Shown one piece after another: positions 28,699 to 37,886 of a DNA stretch of 58,360 nucleotides (its first letter is position 1; each line of letters opens with the position of its first letter). The DNA lies in the IMG/VR virus record IMGVR_UViG_3300016472_001092, positions 1-58,360 of that record. The stretch is one strand, 5' to 3'. Position numbers and translations under genes: made by a program. Below the pieces are notes generated by a model. The model searched no databases and was not told the DNA's origin. It saw only the letters and a list, made by a program, of their open reading frames with translations. The DNA is from a virus (Duplodnaviria; Caudoviricetes).

Positions 28699-31139
28699 AT
28701 CACGTTATCAATTAAAATATAGTTTGAAAAAATTGCATCACCAGACAAGTAATCTCGGTAAACTGGCATTAATAGAAATCTTATGTTTCCAATATCGTTT
28801 TTTGTTAACTCATAAAAAAACTTTAAGTTATCCTCTAAACAATGTGATTTTCCTATGATTGTTCTATTTCCATTCATTTCTTTCATGATAATAAAATGAT
28901 CAATTATATTGATGTCGCCACCAACATTCCAATTTAATAACACCTTTTTTCTGTCATAATAACCAACAACAAAATCTGAAACTGTTGGTGTTATACTATG
29001 TGTGGTCACATCTACTTCAAAAGAAGTGCCAACCATGCCATACAACATATCTTCTTTTGAATCATTTTCAATAAATTTGTTAGATACAACACTTCCATGA
29101 ATCAGATTTAAAGGATGTCTTGACTTTACAAAATTTGTTTTATATTCCTTTTTTGTTACTTCATCCCTTAATGTCAAGTTATTTTCTGTGATGGTTTTAG
29201 GATCTCTTACCAAAGGATAAACAACGTATTTGTACGCTTCTCCGGGAGAAACTTTTTCAGATGATGTTGCCAAAGATCTTTCTGAATCTGTAAACGTACT
29301 TTGATTGGGTAAAACTCCAAGATTTGAAACATCACCTGTTGTTAAATTATACCTTAAAATCTTAAAGGCTAAAAATTTATCTAGTGGAGCATTTCTTGAA
29401 TTTAAAAATTCTTCGCTATATTCAGAACTTACCTGTGATAACAAGGTTTTTAAATAACTTACCTGATCTTTCAACAAAGTTGTGCTTAAATTAAAAGTAA
29501 CATCACCAACAACACTTAAACCATTAATTGGATTTTCAATTATATTCCCTTGGTAAGGAACATACTGTATAAAACTAGAGTATGAAGATTTTAACTCAGT
29601 TCCATTTTCAAAAATTAAGTTAGAAGATATTTCATATGTGTGATAGGGTATTAAATTATTTTTTATTAAAACAGTATTTACTGACAAATTTGAATCCAGT
29701 GTTAATAACGTCACTGTACTATAACTTTTTTGTTTTATTGTGATATTTTTTATCAACAATCTAACAGAAACAACATCAAGCATGTGATGATTATAAACAT
29801 TTATCTTAATTCCGTCTGAGGTTAGGCTTGGAATTAAAACAAGCTTATTCGTTTTTTTAGCTCGAGGATTCTTTGTGACTATATCAGAAAAATCACAATT
29901 CATCATATTAGTAACTTCGTCAAAATTCACAAATCTATAAATTGAATTTTGCCCTAATAAATTTTTTACTTTTTTTACCTGTAAATCAAAACCTGAAGTT
30001 AATGATACTGAATCTATTTGCTCATACTTTTTAGAAAAATCATCATCTAAAACTTTTCTAAAAATTTTTATTCCTCTATTTTGATTGAAAACTTTTCCTT
30101 TTGATTTTATTTGAAAAGTAATTTCTTGATCGTTATATGAACTTTCAACGATTGGAAATGAATTTGAAAAATAAAAGTTTTTTACATGTTCTTGAACGTT
30201 AACTTTTTTGTCAACTTTTTCTAGTATGTTAACCTGTTTTGTACCATCTCTATTAATGATTGTTTGTTGTAATTCAAAAGTAACAATTAGTGTTGGAACT
30301 TCAGCAACTTGAGATGATGTTATATCAATAAGAGTTTTTACGTTAACAATATCATTAAATGACTGATTAACATATGTTTCAAATGTAGAATCGATATTAG
30401 CATCAACATTTGACTTTGAAAACAAGTATGAATTTGTTAGTTTAGAAACATTAGAATAATCATATTCTTCATACCTAGATTTTCTTAATATTCCTGTAAG
30501 GTTTTCTTGTGGACTTATTGTTCTATCATTCAACATCGTGACAGAGGCTGGTGATAGAAAATTGTTTTTTAAAAGCTTCAAACTCAACTTTTTATTTTCA
30601 AAACCTGAATTTATCTGGTCAGTTGTGTCAACTGATTTATAGCCCACGATTGTTTCTTGCTTTTGATTTTGAGTTTTAGTAACAAAACCTTGTTCTTGCT
30701 TTCTTTCTACAACTATAGACGTTGTTGTTAGTCCTGAAGATTCAATTAATTGACTATTGTTTACGTAACCTAAAACCTGATTATTGATCCTAGCTGTTAT
30801 GTCTGCAAATTTTTTTACTAACACAAGATCTTCATTGTCTTTTGAAAGATTTTTTAATTTTGCTTTATGAGTCAAGATGTTATTGATTAACTGATTAGTA
30901 TCCATGCTTCCAACTTTCATTGAAGGCACTATTGAAGGAACTATTTGGTTTTCTTTTTTTACTGTTATTAAAACTGAAAGTGCATTTTGTTGTAAAGCTT
31001 TTAATTGTGATATACTAAAATAAAATTCAAAGTGCAGTTGATCGTTATTGTCGCTGCTAGTTGTTATACTTGATAAGGTTGCAAAATGATCATCAATCTG
31101 CAATAAATCAGTTTTTAAATTTGGTTCACTAATATACAC
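28695..31139 (-). CDS. Large hypothetical beta-rich protein, probably virion-associated
   Basis: 814 aa, GTG start with GAGGTG RBS; FN3-like patterns (FTD...GEAYKYVVYP, LLNW). Confidence 0.62.
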   Translation of the reverse strand: MYISEPNLKTDLLQIDDHFATLSSITTSSDNNDQLHFEFYFSISQLKALQQNALSVLITVKKENQIVPSIVPSMKVGSMDTNQLINNILTHKAKLKNLSKDNEDLVLVKKFADITARINNQVLGYVNNSQLIESSGLTTTSIVVERKQEQGFVTKTQNQKQETIVGYKSVDTTDQINSGFENKKLSLKLLKNNFLSPASVTMLNDRTISPQENLTGILRKSRYEEYDYSNVSKLTNSYLFSKSNVDANIDSTFETYVNQSFNDIVNVKTLIDITSSQVAEVPTLIVTFELQQTIINRDGTKQVNILEKVDKKVNVQEHVKNFYFSNSFPIVESSYNDQEITFQIKSKGKVFNQNRGIKIFRKVLDDDFSKKYEQIDSVSLTSGFDLQVKKVKNLLGQNSIYRFVNFDEVTNMMNCDFSDIVTKNPRAKKTNKLVLIPSLTSDGIKINVYNHHMLDVVSVRLLIKNITIKQKSYSTVTLLTLDSNLSVNTVLIKNNLIPYHTYEISSNLIFENGTELKSSYSSFIQYVPYQGNIIENPINGLSVVGDVTFNLSTTLLKDQVSYLKTLLSQVSSEYSEEFLNSRNAPLDKFLAFKILRYNLTTGDVSNLGVLPNQSTFTDSERSLATSSEKVSPGEAYKYVVYPLVRDPKTITENNLTLRDEVTKKEYKTNFVKSRHPLNLIHGSVVSNKFIENDSKEDMLYGMVGTSFEVDVTTHSITPTVSDFVVGYYDRKKVLLNWNVGGDINIIDHFIIMKEMNGNRTIIGKSHCLEDNLKFFYELTKNDIGNIRFLLMPVYRDYLSGDAIFSNYILIDNVI

Positions 31140-31150
31140 TTTTCACCACC

Positions 31151-32119
31151 TCATTCAAAAACCAAAGTAAATAATCTAACAAATGTTTGAGAACCATTTG
31201 AATCTAAGAAAACTTTCCCAACAAAAAATGCTTGCTTTTGTACACCATTATATTGATATGTGCCGTAATCAATAACGTCAAGCTTTTTCATCTCAGTGTT
31301 GTCTATTTCAAAGAACTGAGAAACAAGACGATTTTTCATTGATGTTGGATCAAACTTTACAAGTTTTTTATAACCACTTTTTTCGTACGTTGAAAGCTCG
31401 GTTTCAAGTTGTTGTGGTGTAAACGGATCAGTCCCTAGTTTTTCATAGTTACCAATCTTGTTAGCTTCAATTACCGCTAGATCAGTTTTATCAATTAGGG
31501 TGTTTTCTATTTTATTTACAGGTGGTAAATACTTGAAATTGAGTACATTGCTTAACAACTTATCGTTGAACAAACTTGGTAACTCATTTAAAAAACGATT
31601 TGTTAGGTCGGGATTTTGTACAGATACTGGTTTTTCATTAGTGATTTCAAATGTTACTGAATTTGGACCGATGTCAAATCCATCATTTTCAAACACATAA
31701 TCCTTAGTTCCTATGACCTGTAGGTTATTAAAGTTATTTACTGATGATGCAATTAAAGTTTCTGCTGCAGACGCAAATGCAGAATCTGTTAAAAATTCAA
31801 AGTTTGCAGATGATGAATAATTTTCATACAATTTTCCAGCTATCGTCGTGTTAATTCCCTTACTGTTTTTAAAGGGTTTAAGACGACCAGAATCATCAGC
31901 TTCAAAAGTTATTTGATCCTGTGGTAAATGACACTGTTCAAAATATATTCTTTTTGTTGCGTCTGCAGAACCACTGATAACGTCTGGGTCATAGAAGGTC
32001 CCACCGTCGGTAAAACTTACATACTCTACACGAAGCTTTCCATCGGCCATCTGTCGTCTACCCTCAAGGGTGACGATCGTGTCCATTATTCTGGTTCTAT
32101 TGTCTAAAATGCCACTCAT
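31151..32119 (-). CDS. Virion structural protein, N-terminus paralogous to 22082..22813
   Basis: MSGILD...IMDTIVTLEGRRQMADG...YVSFTDGGTFY. Confidence 0.62.
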   Translation of the reverse strand: MSGILDNRTRIMDTIVTLEGRRQMADGKLRVEYVSFTDGGTFYDPDVISGSADATKRIYFEQCHLPQDQITFEADDSGRLKPFKNSKGINTTIAGKLYENYSSSANFEFLTDSAFASAAETLIASSVNNFNNLQVIGTKDYVFENDGFDIGPNSVTFEITNEKPVSVQNPDLTNRFLNELPSLFNDKLLSNVLNFKYLPPVNKIENTLIDKTDLAVIEANKIGNYEKLGTDPFTPQQLETELSTYEKSGYKKLVKFDPTSMKNRLVSQFFEIDNTEMKKLDVIDYGTYQYNGVQKQAFFVGKVFLDSNGSQTFVRLFTLVFE

Positions 32120-32163
32120 GGCAATATCAAATATACAATTTTAAAACAAAACATCCCATATTC

Positions 32164-33528
32164 TTATAAGATTTTAGATGCAAGGGTTGCCAATGGGCTT
32201 CTTTCACCTTTTAATAGTGTAACGTGAGCAGCTATCGAATGCTCTTTAAATTTTTCAATTGCATATGTTAATCCATTGGTATATGCATCAACATCCACGT
32301 TGTCGATCTGTTCAATATCACCTGTTAAAACTATTTTGGTTCCCTCGCCAACTCGAGTGACTATGGTTTTTAATTCATGCATTGAAAGATTTTGTGCTTC
32401 ATCAATGATAATGAAAGCATTTGGAATAGATCTTCCTCTAATGAAAGATATTGCCTCAATTTCTATTAATCCCCTTTGTTGCATCAATTCTAGATAGGGA
32501 TCAGATGACATTAAATTATCTTTTGATTTTCTTCCTAATTTCTTACCATTGATTCCTAAAAGAAAATCCAGATTGTCTTTGATGGGCGCGATCCATGGTT
32601 CCATCTTTTCTTCAAGGGTACCAGGTAAATAACCTATATCTTTACCCACTGGTTGAACTGGTCTAGACACTATCAACTTTTGATATTTTTGTTGTGAACC
32701 TATTGAAGTAAGTTGTTCTAAACCTGCAGCTATTGCAAGTAAAGTTTTTCCACAACCTGCTTTCCCAACCATTGAAAGTAATTTGATGTTTTCATCTAAC
32801 AACAAATCAAGAGAAAAGTGTTGTTCTTTATTTCTTGGTCTTAATCCAAAAACATTGTCAATTTTTGCTAATGATCTAAGAGAACCATCATCATATGCTC
32901 TTGACATTCCTGATTTGACAGTGTTTCCTTGATCATCAACTGTCTTTAATATGACAACTTGATTTGGAAATATTTTTTCACTCGTAACTTCTGAAGATTC
33001 AACTTTACCATTTTTATAAAAATCATCAACAACTTTTTCATTAGTGTGTATTACAACAACACCTCGGTATAGTTCGTCTATATCAGACGAAATTCTCATG
33101 TTTAAGTAATCTTGGCACTTAAGACCTAAAGCATCGCACTTCACCCTTATGTTGATATCTTTTGAAACTAAAACAAGGTTTTCATCCTTATGAGAAAGCA
33201 TGAATCCTATGATCATGTTGTCAACACTTGAACTGACAGACATTTCTTTAGGCAACATAGTCGCTGGATCTTGTGGTGAAGCAACTATTCGAATAATTCC
33301 TCCGCCCTTAGTTCTTACTCCATCATGAAAGCTTCCATGATTACGCATAGAATCAAGAGCACGACTAACCTGACGTGCATTTCTTCCTACGTCATCATTT
33401 CTTGTTTTATGCTTATCTAATTCCTCTAAAACAAGAATTGGAATCAACAGGTTGTTGTCTTCAAAACTGTTGATAGAGTCAGGATCACTGAGTAAAACGT
33501 TTGTATCTAGGACATAAGTCTTGGTCAT
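32164..33528 (-). CDS. phoH: PhoH-family ATPase with N-terminal PIN domain
   Basis: YVLDTNVLL and VLEELD (PIN); PRNKEQ, GKAGCGKT, IGYLPG, RGRS, IIDEAQN and GDIEQID. Confidence 0.93.
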   Translation of the reverse strand: MTKTYVLDTNVLLSDPDSINSFEDNNLLIPILVLEELDKHKTRNDDVGRNARQVSRALDSMRNHGSFHDGVRTKGGGIIRIVASPQDPATMLPKEMSVSSSVDNMIIGFMLSHKDENLVLVSKDINIRVKCDALGLKCQDYLNMRISSDIDELYRGVVVIHTNEKVVDDFYKNGKVESSEVTSEKIFPNQVVILKTVDDQGNTVKSGMSRAYDDGSLRSLAKIDNVFGLRPRNKEQHFSLDLLLDENIKLLSMVGKAGCGKTLLAIAAGLEQLTSIGSQQKYQKLIVSRPVQPVGKDIGYLPGTLEEKMEPWIAPIKDNLDFLLGINGKKLGRKSKDNLMSSDPYLELMQQRGLIEIEAISFIRGRSIPNAFIIIDEAQNLSMHELKTIVTRVGEGTKIVLTGDIEQIDNVDVDAYTNGLTYAIEKFKEHSIAAHVTLLKGERSPLATLASKIL

Positions 33529-33602
33529 GTTGTTTTTCTATATGAACAATGGTAATTTCATTGCATAAATTATAAACTATCCTTATCAAGCTAAAAGACA
33601 AA

Positions 33603-33851
33603 ATGAAATTACCGGTAATCAATAATATCAAGTGTTTTGATGCGCATCAAATGCATAAAGTTAACTGTCAAAAGAAAAGCTGTCAACACTATATCAATAA
33701 CGATGACAGCTTTAATTGTGTTATTGTGGCATCACAAAATGGACCTTATACACTTCAAAAAATAGGAAAAATATACGGTTTAACAAGAATGAGAATTTGT
33801 CAAATTGAAAAAAGCATCATACAAAAAATTAAAAATAATATCTTAATTTAA
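33603..33851 (+). CDS. Small Cys-rich protein with a sigma70 region-4-like HTH
   Basis: YTLQKIGKIYGLTRMRICQIEKSIIQK matches TLEEIG...GVTRERVRQIE; fills the gap between phoH and the next gene. Confidence 0.75.
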   Translation: MKLPVINNIKCFDAHQMHKVNCQKKSCQHYINNDDSFNCVIVASQNGPYTLQKIGKIYGLTRMRICQIEKSIIQKIKNNILI

Positions 33852-34267
33852 TTTTTCTTTTTTGCTTTCTTCTTATTTGAAGTAGGTTCAATGATGTTTG
33901 TTTCTACTTTTAAAATCTGTAATTCACTTTCTTCTTGAATAAGAGGGTTTGAATCTTGATCTTCAACAACAGATTCAACTGTTTGTTGCTCGGCTTCAAC
34001 TACCTCTTTAACCATGAATAAATCTTGTGGTTGTTCGATCTTTTCAACAGGTGTTTCTATCTTTTCTTCTTTTTCTACACCTACAACAACTTCGCTTTTT
34101 GCAACACTGGTCTTTGCAAAAATAACTTTTAATTCTTTAGAATCATTTTTTTTATCAACGTTAGCAGATACAAGTTTTCCTGACTTGTCTACTTGCGTAT
34201 GCGCAAGTTTTGGATCTAAATTTGATTCATGAATGTCTCTTAAGATTGCTCTACGTGTTCCTCGCAT
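33848..34267 (-). CDS. Hypothetical protein (Glu-rich, Lys-rich C-terminus)
   Basis: 139 aa with GAGGTGA RBS. Confidence 0.65.
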   Translation of the reverse strand: MRGTRRAILRDIHESNLDPKLAHTQVDKSGKLVSANVDKKNDSKELKVIFAKTSVAKSEVVVGVEKEEKIETPVEKIEQPQDLFMVKEVVEAEQQTVESVVEDQDSNPLIQEESELQILKVETNIIEPTSNKKKAKKKN

Positions 34268-34286
34268 TAAATCACCTCATATAGAA

Positions 34287-34312
34287 ATGGGATACACTTA
34301 TATGTATCCCAT
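34287..34312. repeat. 10-bp perfect inverted repeat (hairpin/operator)
   Basis: ATGGGATACA-CTTATA-TGTATCCCAT upstream of the RBS of 33848..34267. Confidence 0.6.
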
Positions 34313-34336
34313 CATAAAAAAACCGGCTTTAAGAGC

Positions 34337-34537
34337 TCAATCCTTCTTCTTAGATTTGTCAAGTTCAATTGTTAACTTAACAAGTTCACCTGCACGGGCC
34401 TTTAAATCTCTAAGACCTTTTCGAACCCTAACACCTGCCGCTGCTGTACCTTTTGCGTTTTTTGCAACGTCATGCTCTAGAGACTCAACCAGTGCCTTAA
34501 GATCGGCCCATTTTGCTAAAACTTCGTTATCTGACAT
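34337..34537 (-). CDS. Small basic Hc1/histone-H1-like nucleoid protein
   Basis: K...G..AAGVRVRKGLRDLK motif. Start re-called to ATG at 34537 with GGAGGA RBS. Confidence 0.72.
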   Translation of the reverse strand: MSDNEVLAKWADLKALVESLEHDVAKNAKGTAAAGVRVRKGLRDLKARAGELVKLTIELDKSKKKD

Positions 34538-34583
34538 TTTTATCCTCCTCGTAAAATATAGGTGTAATGATTCATGAGTAAAA

Positions 34584-36230
34584 TCATGACACCAAAAAAT
34601 CATTTGGAAACATAGTTCTATTCATTTTATAAAATCGATCCCAATCTGAGTCAAGTATATATGAGGTTGCAAAATCTTTTTCATTTCTAATTGATCTTCC
34701 AAGTGATTGAATCACTGATTTTGCTGTCATGTATGGATACCAAAACTTGTTTTTTTCCATTCTTTTTTGAATGACCATATCACCTAAATATGGAAATGGT
34801 ACCTTACAAATAATTTGAAATCTACTACTGTCATCTTTAAGATCAACACCTTCCATCATTGATGGACTCAATAAGACAGTTGGATCACTTGTTTCTAGGT
34901 GAAATTTTAATATTTGATCCCTGTTTGTTGAATCATGAATTAGCAAACGTGGATCTTCAATGTTTTCACTAATAAATTTTGCAATTTTAAAAGATGTGCA
35001 ATGAATTATCCCTTTTTCGTTTGAATGCTTCTGTAACAACATTTTTATTGTTTCTGTCAGCGTCGGCAACGTTTTATCAATGTTATTTTTTGACATTGAA
35101 CCAACCGGTATGTAATGAATAGGTCTATTTTCAATAGGAAATGGTGATGGTATATGAAGAAAAGCTATTTCTTTTGAATCGATACCCAATGACTCACAAA
35201 ATATTTCCTTATTGACAATTGTTGCGGACATCATTAGCATCCTTCCGCCGTGTTTAAAAAGCACATCATTACTATAAGGGGAAACATCAATTGGTTTAAA
35301 TTCAAATTTTTTACCGGCCTTTTTGTTATCTAGAGATGGATACGAGACGTTCATAATCCAGTTGTTGGGTTTATAGACTTCTAAGAATCGATTAACCTTA
35401 CAGATGTGCTTGTCAAGCATTTCGTATTGTTTTGATAACGTTCCATATCCATCGATGTCTCCACTAAGTTTTGCTAAATTTTTTTCAAGTTCCTTTGTGT
35501 ACTTAGCCAATGATCGTCTATAGACCTTTGCGATCCAGTCATAAACAGATGCCTGTTCAATATTTTTAGGTTGCTTACACTTAAGAACTTCTTTTGAAAA
35601 CTTTTCTGAAAAAGTTACTTCAATAAACTTTCCAAGTTCAGTTTCTGTGTTATGTGCCTCATCAACTATTAACATTGATCTTGGTTCAAGTTTTCCAGCA
35701 TACATTGTTTCTGCAAGAAAATAAGAAAAATTTGTGACTGATAATGGAGAGTCAATGAATTCTTGTTTTTCAAGCGCATACTGACATTGATTTTTACATT
35801 GCTTTTGAAACTCAGTACCAGACAGTTGCTTTGAAAGACTACTTAACAATCTACGTGATTCTGCACATGATTGATCTGGATAAAATGAACACTGGTAATT
35901 TGAACTTGACTTTATCGATCTAACAAGACAAGTTTTGTTTTGATTGCCTCCAAAATCTCGAAGGTATTGTTCTTGAAGAATTTTTTGTGTTGTAATGATG
36001 TATGCACCAGTTAGCATATCACCTTTTTCATCCCTAAGGGTGGAGCCATGTGATTCCATATACCTCGCTATTGTGACACCAATAGCAGATTTTCCAACCC
36101 CGGTACCCAATTCAAGGACAACGAATCTTTTTCCAGATTCATAAGCATCTATTGCAAATTCAATTGCTAGCGCTTGTTCCTTTCTGATATTTTCAAAAGG
36201 AAAGTATTTTACGTAATCGTGGAAAGGCAT
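34584..36230 (-). CDS. DinG/XPD-like SF2 helicase
   Basis: Q motif RKEQ, GTGVGKS, LQEQY, Cys cluster, VDEAH, MSAT, EGVDL, KVPFP, QSLGRSIR and ILD. Confidence 0.88.
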   Translation of the reverse strand: MPFHDYVKYFPFENIRKEQALAIEFAIDAYESGKRFVVLELGTGVGKSAIGVTIARYMESHGSTLRDEKGDMLTGAYIITTQKILQEQYLRDFGGNQNKTCLVRSIKSSSNYQCSFYPDQSCAESRRLLSSLSKQLSGTEFQKQCKNQCQYALEKQEFIDSPLSVTNFSYFLAETMYAGKLEPRSMLIVDEAHNTETELGKFIEVTFSEKFSKEVLKCKQPKNIEQASVYDWIAKVYRRSLAKYTKELEKNLAKLSGDIDGYGTLSKQYEMLDKHICKVNRFLEVYKPNNWIMNVSYPSLDNKKAGKKFEFKPIDVSPYSNDVLFKHGGRMLMMSATIVNKEIFCESLGIDSKEIAFLHIPSPFPIENRPIHYIPVGSMSKNNIDKTLPTLTETIKMLLQKHSNEKGIIHCTSFKIAKFISENIEDPRLLIHDSTNRDQILKFHLETSDPTVLLSPSMMEGVDLKDDSSRFQIICKVPFPYLGDMVIQKRMEKNKFWYPYMTAKSVIQSLGRSIRNEKDFATSYILDSDWDRFYKMNRTMFPNDFLVS

Positions 36231-36234
36231 GCTA

Positions 36235-36255
36235 CAAAACTACATCGTAGTTTTG
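36235..36255. repeat. 9-bp inverted repeat just upstream of the helicase ATG
   Basis: CAAAACTAC-ATC-GTAGTTTTG. Confidence 0.55.
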
Positions 36256-36266
36256 AAATATTACAC

Positions 36267-36869
36267 TCACTGACCAATGATTTTATCAACAATGCCCAAC
36301 TTAATTGCGTCAGCCGGTGTGAGATAATAATCATGACCAGATTTCATAATTGATTCTATTTGCTCTTTTGACATATGTGTCTCTCTTTCAAGAGCACCGG
36401 TCATTAGATCGTGTAATCTTTTGTGTTCATTTGTTTCGCTCATTGATTCAAACACATTTCCATAAAACCCACCTGAAATTGGATGCATCATAAGCCTAGC
36501 TGATGATCCTATTAATCTTTTACCTTTCACACCTGATGCAAGCAATAAAACGCCTGCAGACATCACTTTTCCTAATGCAATTGTGTGTACTGGACATGGT
36601 AAAAATTTAATGGTATCATACAAAGAAAACATTTCATCAACTGATCCACCATAAGTTGAAACTACAAGGTGAATTGGTTTATGATTTTGATTTGCAAGAT
36701 AAAGTAATTGCACAATTGAAGCAGCAATAGATTGCTCGCTTACCCCACCATAAAGAACAACGATTCTGGAATCTTCGTTGGGGTGCATTAAAATGCTAGA
36801 ATCTAGATCATCCGAATTGATCTTCTTAACTAGACTTAACTCTTTGTTTGATTCAACTAATCTTCCCAT
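36267..36869 (-). CDS. clpP: ClpP-like protease
   Basis: STYGGSV, TIALGKVMSAGVLLLASG (catalytic Ser), MMHP (His) and DYYLTPADAIKLGIVD. Start re-called to 36869 based on the AAGGA RBS. Confidence 0.88.
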   Translation of the reverse strand: MGRLVESNKELSLVKKINSDDLDSSILMHPNEDSRIVVLYGGVSEQSIAASIVQLLYLANQNHKPIHLVVSTYGGSVDEMFSLYDTIKFLPCPVHTIALGKVMSAGVLLLASGVKGKRLIGSSARLMMHPISGGFYGNVFESMSETNEHKRLHDLMTGALERETHMSKEQIESIMKSGHDYYLTPADAIKLGIVDKIIGQ

Positions 36870-37095
36870 CGTCATTCCTTTGTGAAATAAAAATCTGATC
36901 ACCAGCAATTTCCTTGATCATGCTGGTGAGTGTTTGAACAAACTCAATGTTTTCAAGTTCCATTGATAGCAAATAAATTAAAAACACCTGTTGTCTTTGT
37001 GTCAATCCTATGTTAATGATTTCCTTAACAATTTTACGACACTCTTCGTTTTCTTTTGCAATTTTTTCTGAATTTAATTGTCCATAGTGGTGCAT
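36853..37095 (-). CDS. Hypothetical protein
   Basis: 80-aa ORF overlapping the clpP start. Confidence 0.65.
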   Translation of the reverse strand: MHHYGQLNSEKIAKENEECRKIVKEIINIGLTQRQQVFLIYLLSMELENIEFVQTLTSMIKEIAGDQIFISQRNDDGKIS

Positions 37096-37098
37096 ATG

Positions 37099-37572
37099 TT
37101 AACCTATGGTTTCATTTCTTGTATGTGAATCTACCTTAAACAAGGTTTCACCTAAAACTCTAACGTATTTAATAATCTTATTTTCATTTTCAACATCATT
37201 GGTAAGAATGATTATATCACCCCATTTTTTATTTTCAATAACGTATTGTGCCTGTTCCCATGTTGGAAGATCACATTGATGTCTTTCTAAGATTGATATT
37301 AGCGATTGATGTAAACCAGGTTTAATATCATCAATAGTGATAATAGAACCCATTTCTTCTTTTCCTGACATTATTTCCGATGTACAGATATCGATAACTT
37401 TATGTACTAAACCACAATTGTTACATTGAGCGTACTTTTGCTTTACAATATCATCGTGTATTTCAGAAAAGACAACAAACTTATGTTGCCTTTTTTCTGG
37501 ATCTTTAGAGTTTTTTAGTTGTGGTAATACACATCTACACTTGATCAAGTGTTTTTGACCAAAGCTAGCCAT
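37099..37572 (-). CDS. Hypothetical Zn-binding protein
   Basis: H...CRC and CNNCG..H...C. Confidence 0.68.
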   Translation of the reverse strand: MASFGQKHLIKCRCVLPQLKNSKDPEKRQHKFVVFSEIHDDIVKQKYAQCNNCGLVHKVIDICTSEIMSGKEEMGSIITIDDIKPGLHQSLISILERHQCDLPTWEQAQYVIENKKWGDIIILTNDVENENKIIKYVRVLGETLFKVDSHTRNETIG

Positions 37573-37588
37573 ATCTTTTTAAATAAAC

Positions 37589-37843
37589 TTACTTTCTTTT
37601 TTTTACTGGGGATTCAGTTTGAATGTTTTGACTTATTTTTTCAAACTTACTTGAAAAGTTTTTATAGCTTTTGTTATATGCCTCTGATGTTGATGCATCA
37701 ATGAGCTTTAGCAAAAGAGGTAATACCTCTCTGTCTAACTTTAATTGATCATTAACGACTGCATTTGTTACGTTTTTTTTAGTCGTTTCTCTGATGATGT
37801 CTACCAACTCCCACGATGTCTTATCTAAGTTAATGTTTGGCAT
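37589..37843 (-). CDS. Hypothetical protein
   Basis: 84-aa ORF filling the operon. Confidence 0.6.
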   Translation of the reverse strand: MPNINLDKTSWELVDIIRETTKKNVTNAVVNDQLKLDREVLPLLLKLIDASTSEAYNKSYKNFSSKFEKISQNIQTESPVKKRK

Positions 37844-37886
37844 GTTTATATGTTAGTCACTTTTTATGAAAAGTAAACACAGAAAA

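Noticed and set aside
34313-34345. Intrinsic terminator after the Hc1-like gene
   Set aside because: A T-tract is present on the minus strand, but the stem needs several G-U pairs and a bulge, so it is too weak to call.
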